Shown: positions 60,478 to 64,000 of the stretch, piece after piece
How the letters are laid out: each line of letters starts with the position of its first letter
Position numbering within the stretch: position 1 is the first letter of the stretch
Assembly (NCBI GenBank): GCA_021613535.1
Contig: CP075493.1
Location: 4,960,001 to 5,024,000, forward strand
DNA length: 64,000 nt
From: Adineta vaga
Taxonomy: Eukaryota > Animalia > Rotifera
Reading direction: 5' to 3'
Notes under the pieces: generated by a model
Told to the model about the DNA's origin: nothing
Database searches by the model: none
The model's input: only the letters and a program-made list of their open reading frames with translations
Translations under genes and position numbers: made by a program

Positions 60478-63225
60478 TCATCGACAAATTGCATTATGAA
60501 GTGGAATTGATAATAAACCAGCAAAAGTTATGCCAAATGAATCACCAACAGATGCAACACCCATAGAAAATTCACGATCTTTCTCTGGAATCTATTTAAA
60601 ATATAAAAAGAAACACATCATTTTATAGAATACCAGCGGAGGTACTCGATGACTGTCAGGAACTCTACAGACTGAAAACTTCATATGTGAGTAAACGATA
60701 GGAGATGCACAGAAGGTAGTCCTATAAATTTTTTATTTATACCACAACATATCCCGCCGTGCATATCTAAGACAGAACAACTTATACTATGTAGAATTCC
60801 AAATTCATCCGTCTCCTAACAGTTCCCTTTGCAAAAGTCATTCTTTCTCGTACAGATCCCGCTCCAAATCTATCTCAACCTCAGCTTGTATCTAAAAAGT
60901 CGTATACCTGGGGTTAAAGTTTCATATATCGCGAATACAGGCGCACTCACAAAATACTATTGTCCAACGAATATTTTCAGTTTGATGACCGTAGTTATCA
61001 CGTAACCATTTGAGTGAAATTCCACCCAGGCACCCTCTTCTAACCCCCCATCGGTGTGGCCAACTCCCTCTCAACCTTCCATTAGACTTCCAGAACTGCC
61101 ATAAAAAGTTTGGTTACGTTAGCTATTACAGGAATTGAATGCATAACGAATAAACAGACAAACAAACATGTTTCTTTATATATATAACTATAGATAAAAG
61201 ATATATAGAAGGTAGAAGATAGAAGATAGTAGATAGTAGATAGCAGATGTACCCGCTGCAAATAAAGATAGTTTGATATGGGACGTGTAAATTATCGTAG
61301 ATGTGCGCTCAGACGGCCTTCTCTATCAATTTTTTTCACATTTTGAAATGCTGTCATCCTCTTTGTCAGTTTCATAGATTGCCTGTAGCAAGTGTAGGAT
61401 TCGTTTTTTTTTCAGAACAAAGTAGATATCGAGCTTCGTCTGGGTGTAGAGATCATTTCTGGAAAGTTTCATTGCATTTGTTCGTACGGTCTCCAAATGC
61501 ATAGCGAACAGACAGACAAATATTCTGCTTTATATCTATTTATAGAAATCATTCAAGAAAAAGACGTACCTCTTCGGATATTTTAAAGAATGTATTCACA
61601 TATGCACCACCACCAATTAAACCTTCGAATACTACTAAACCAAACACAAGCCATATACTTGGAATAAATGCTGTACGATAAACACACGCAAAAAAGAAAC
61701 CCATATTAATGAACTAGCAAATGAATTGATCGAAAATGAAGATAAATATAAGTTATTTTTACTTGAATTATAGGTAATAACCATAGATGATGAATTCGAA
61801 AGAGAATAACTGATGAACGTGAAATGAAAACACCAATTTGATAAGTAACGGAATACCTATCAATATAAAATTCATAATTATCATATGAGTATGTAAATTT
61901 TACCAACGATATTGAGATGCATGTGATAGAGATATACCACGAAAGTAAATAAGTTCATACTAGATTCGAAAGAAAAATTTGAATAGAAACATATAGATAA
62001 CTATTGAAAACTATTTATTTACTAATCCTTGATTGATTAAATATTCAGCAAAATAGACTAAAGTCAATGGGATCATGTATTTAAGTAATGGCTAAAAGAA
62101 AGCAATTACTCGAGAAAATATCATGAACAAATAGCTACTTTAACTAATTGAAGTCGACTTGGCTTATTTCCTAGTACTTGAACATTACCTGATACTACTT
62201 TATCATCTTCATCGTCAGCTAAAGATACATTAATAATTATCAAAATTTTTATGAATATTCGATTCCTCTTACTTGTATCACCTCTCGAATGGTCGATTAT
62301 TTGTTGATATTGTTGTTGTTTCGATGCAGCAGTACTCGCTCCAATCATGATGTAACTATAAATAAATAACAACTGATATTGCTCATCATTCTCTTCCATT
62401 TACCTAATAACTTGAAGAACTGGTATGAAAAGTAGAACGAGTATTGCCTTTTTTGGAGTTAGTCCAATAGGACCGGTGAGTGCTGCATAGGAAAGAGCAC
62501 CAAGTAAACCAGCTGCACCTGTTCCACTTGACCATGCAGTGACTGTATGTTTTGAATAGAATGATGATAATTGTAAGATAGTTATTTCACCAAAACCGGA
62601 ACTAATACTTGCACAAGCCACACCTTAGTTGTATAATTATTTCAAATGAGTTAGCATGTTTTTCAATTTTACTTACCGAATAAACTCAAAGCAACAATTT
62701 TCGATGTACCAACAATAATCAACGAACCAGCAGCAAATAATACAATTAATGCAAAGCGAATACTTAAATAAATAAATAAATAAAACGAATGAAGATGAGT
62801 TAAAACTTACTTATAGATGATCTTATGCATAAAAAATGGAGCGGAGACTTTAATTACTAATGCAGGTAAAATATCTGCAAGTAGAATAGCCTAAAGAATA
62901 AATCAAATCACAGTTTCTTATAATTCCATTGTATACTTACTCCTGTAGATATTGAATTACAATCAAATTGATTTGTTGAATTATGTGGTACAGGTACAGT
63001 TGAATTTTCATGTTCTTCTTGTTTAAGTATGTCATGAGCAGCGCTTAACATAACTACATAACCAAAATTATTGCATAAACCAAGAAACCTATGATAGACA
63101 CGGATATAAACTTTCATCGGTGCTTTTTCTTTGGGAAATAAAACATACCAAAATCCAACAATTTCAATAATTCGTTTGATCTTTTCTTGTCGACGAAGTT
63201 CATTGCCTGCTGGATAAGTGTTCAT
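60478..63225 (-). CDS. CLN3: Battenin / CLN3 lysosomal MFS-type membrane protein, multi-exon
   Basis: [23 protein letters not shown]; [16 protein letters not shown]; [13 protein letters not shown]; [11 protein letters not shown]; [11 protein letters not shown]; [14 protein letters not shown]; REFSMG...PLHNAIC. Confidence 0.93.
60633..61194 (-). mobile_element. Non-autonomous Helitron-like element 1 (Lep1-type) in the last CLN3 intron
   Basis: On the minus strand: A|TCTATAG 5' start, then a (GTTT/GTCT)n tract, a GC-elevated body, and a degenerate subterminal hairpin region ending CTGG|T (CTRR). No ORF. Confidence 0.55.
61241..61546 (-). mobile_element. Non-autonomous Helitron-like element 2 (shorter, degenerate), tandem with element 1
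   Basis: Same architecture on the plus strand: TAGCAGATGTACCCG at the left end and ...ATGCATAGCGAACAGACAGACAAA...CTTTATAT..TATAGA at the right, paralleling element 1's CCAGCGGAGGTACTCG and ATGCATAACGAATAAACAGACAAAC...CTTTATAT. Confidence 0.5.
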
Positions 63226-63538
63226 GATCAAAAAAAAACAAACAAACAAAGGAAAGATAAAATGTTCTCTAAAGATGAAGATAGTATAAAAGAAATGTTT
63301 TTATTTCGCAAAGAAAACTAGCGAATAAAATCATTCGAAAAAAAAAGACATTCACGATATTATCATATGTATCTATTTGAGTAATGACCATTTGATTTGC
63401 TCTTTTGCATGATTGAGTACCTAATGAAATAAGAAAAGTTAAATAATGAATAGAAAAAAAAGGAAAATTTAGATATGAGCAAGAACGTGAGCAAAATCAA
63501 AAGCTTTTTTTGTTCGTACACCCACGCATCTGTTCTAT

Positions 63539-64000
63539 CTATCGATCAGAATTGAGTAAAATATTCAATCCCTGATAGAGCATCTGAGAGAAAGAAAAGA
63601 ATAAAAGTTCATTCTTATTTGTTTATAATTACTTGAGAAACAGTTTGTTCTCCTAATGGTATATCATCTTGACGAATTTGAACACGTTGTGTAATCATCA
63701 TTGGATCAGATTCAAGAATAATTCTAATCAAAAGATAAAACGATCTATGGTTTCTTTTCTTTCTTTCTCAAAAGAGTATAGATATATTTTACCCATCATC
63801 ACATATTTCATCGACGGTAAGTATAACTAAATCAAGATTATCATATAAATATCGTTTTTCAACATTCTTTCTTAACATTGCATTTAATGAATCAAATAAA
63901 CATGATAATACAGAATTTAACATTAACTAAATTAAATCATAGTATTCAACATTTTCCAGAAAGATCTTTAGAATGCCCTACTTCATTCTCATTCATACTG
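63539..64000 (-). CDS. COPZ1: Coatomer subunit zeta, 3' part (5' end outside the window)
   Basis: NENE|[32 protein letters not shown]|[25 protein letters not shown] matches the zeta-COP C-terminal half. Confidence 0.88.

Overview
AT-rich, gene-dense animal DNA with many ~50-60 nt GT-AG introns. The intron sizes, expanded orphan GPCRs and bacterial-like surface proteins suggest a bdelloid rotifer (inference, not shown directly). Left to right: a small secreted neuropeptide-like precursor, an EVI5-like Rab-GAP, an alpha/beta hydrolase with a membrane tail, a 'SHFRGGTITW' (Sib/integrin-beta-like) surface protein, an acidic orphan, a divergent calcineurin A, a small FN3 protein, and a motile-cilium block (HYDIN, a Tctex-type dynein light chain, CFAP91) with RFX X-box-like motifs. 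Then come a cell-surface cluster (five orphan class A GPCRs, a mucin-like protein, a second SHFRGG paralogue) and a tightly packed minus-strand COPZ1-CLN3-DCXR trio that looks like a trans-spliced operon, with Helitron-like elements in the last CLN3 intron. Best candidates for an undescribed system: (i) a Ca2+/cAMP ciliary-control cluster containing an unusual calcineurin, (ii) the variable-tip/conserved-stalk SHFRGG receptor pair, (iii) the putative operon. Exon boundaries were read by eye, family assignments come from recalled motifs, and no searches were run.
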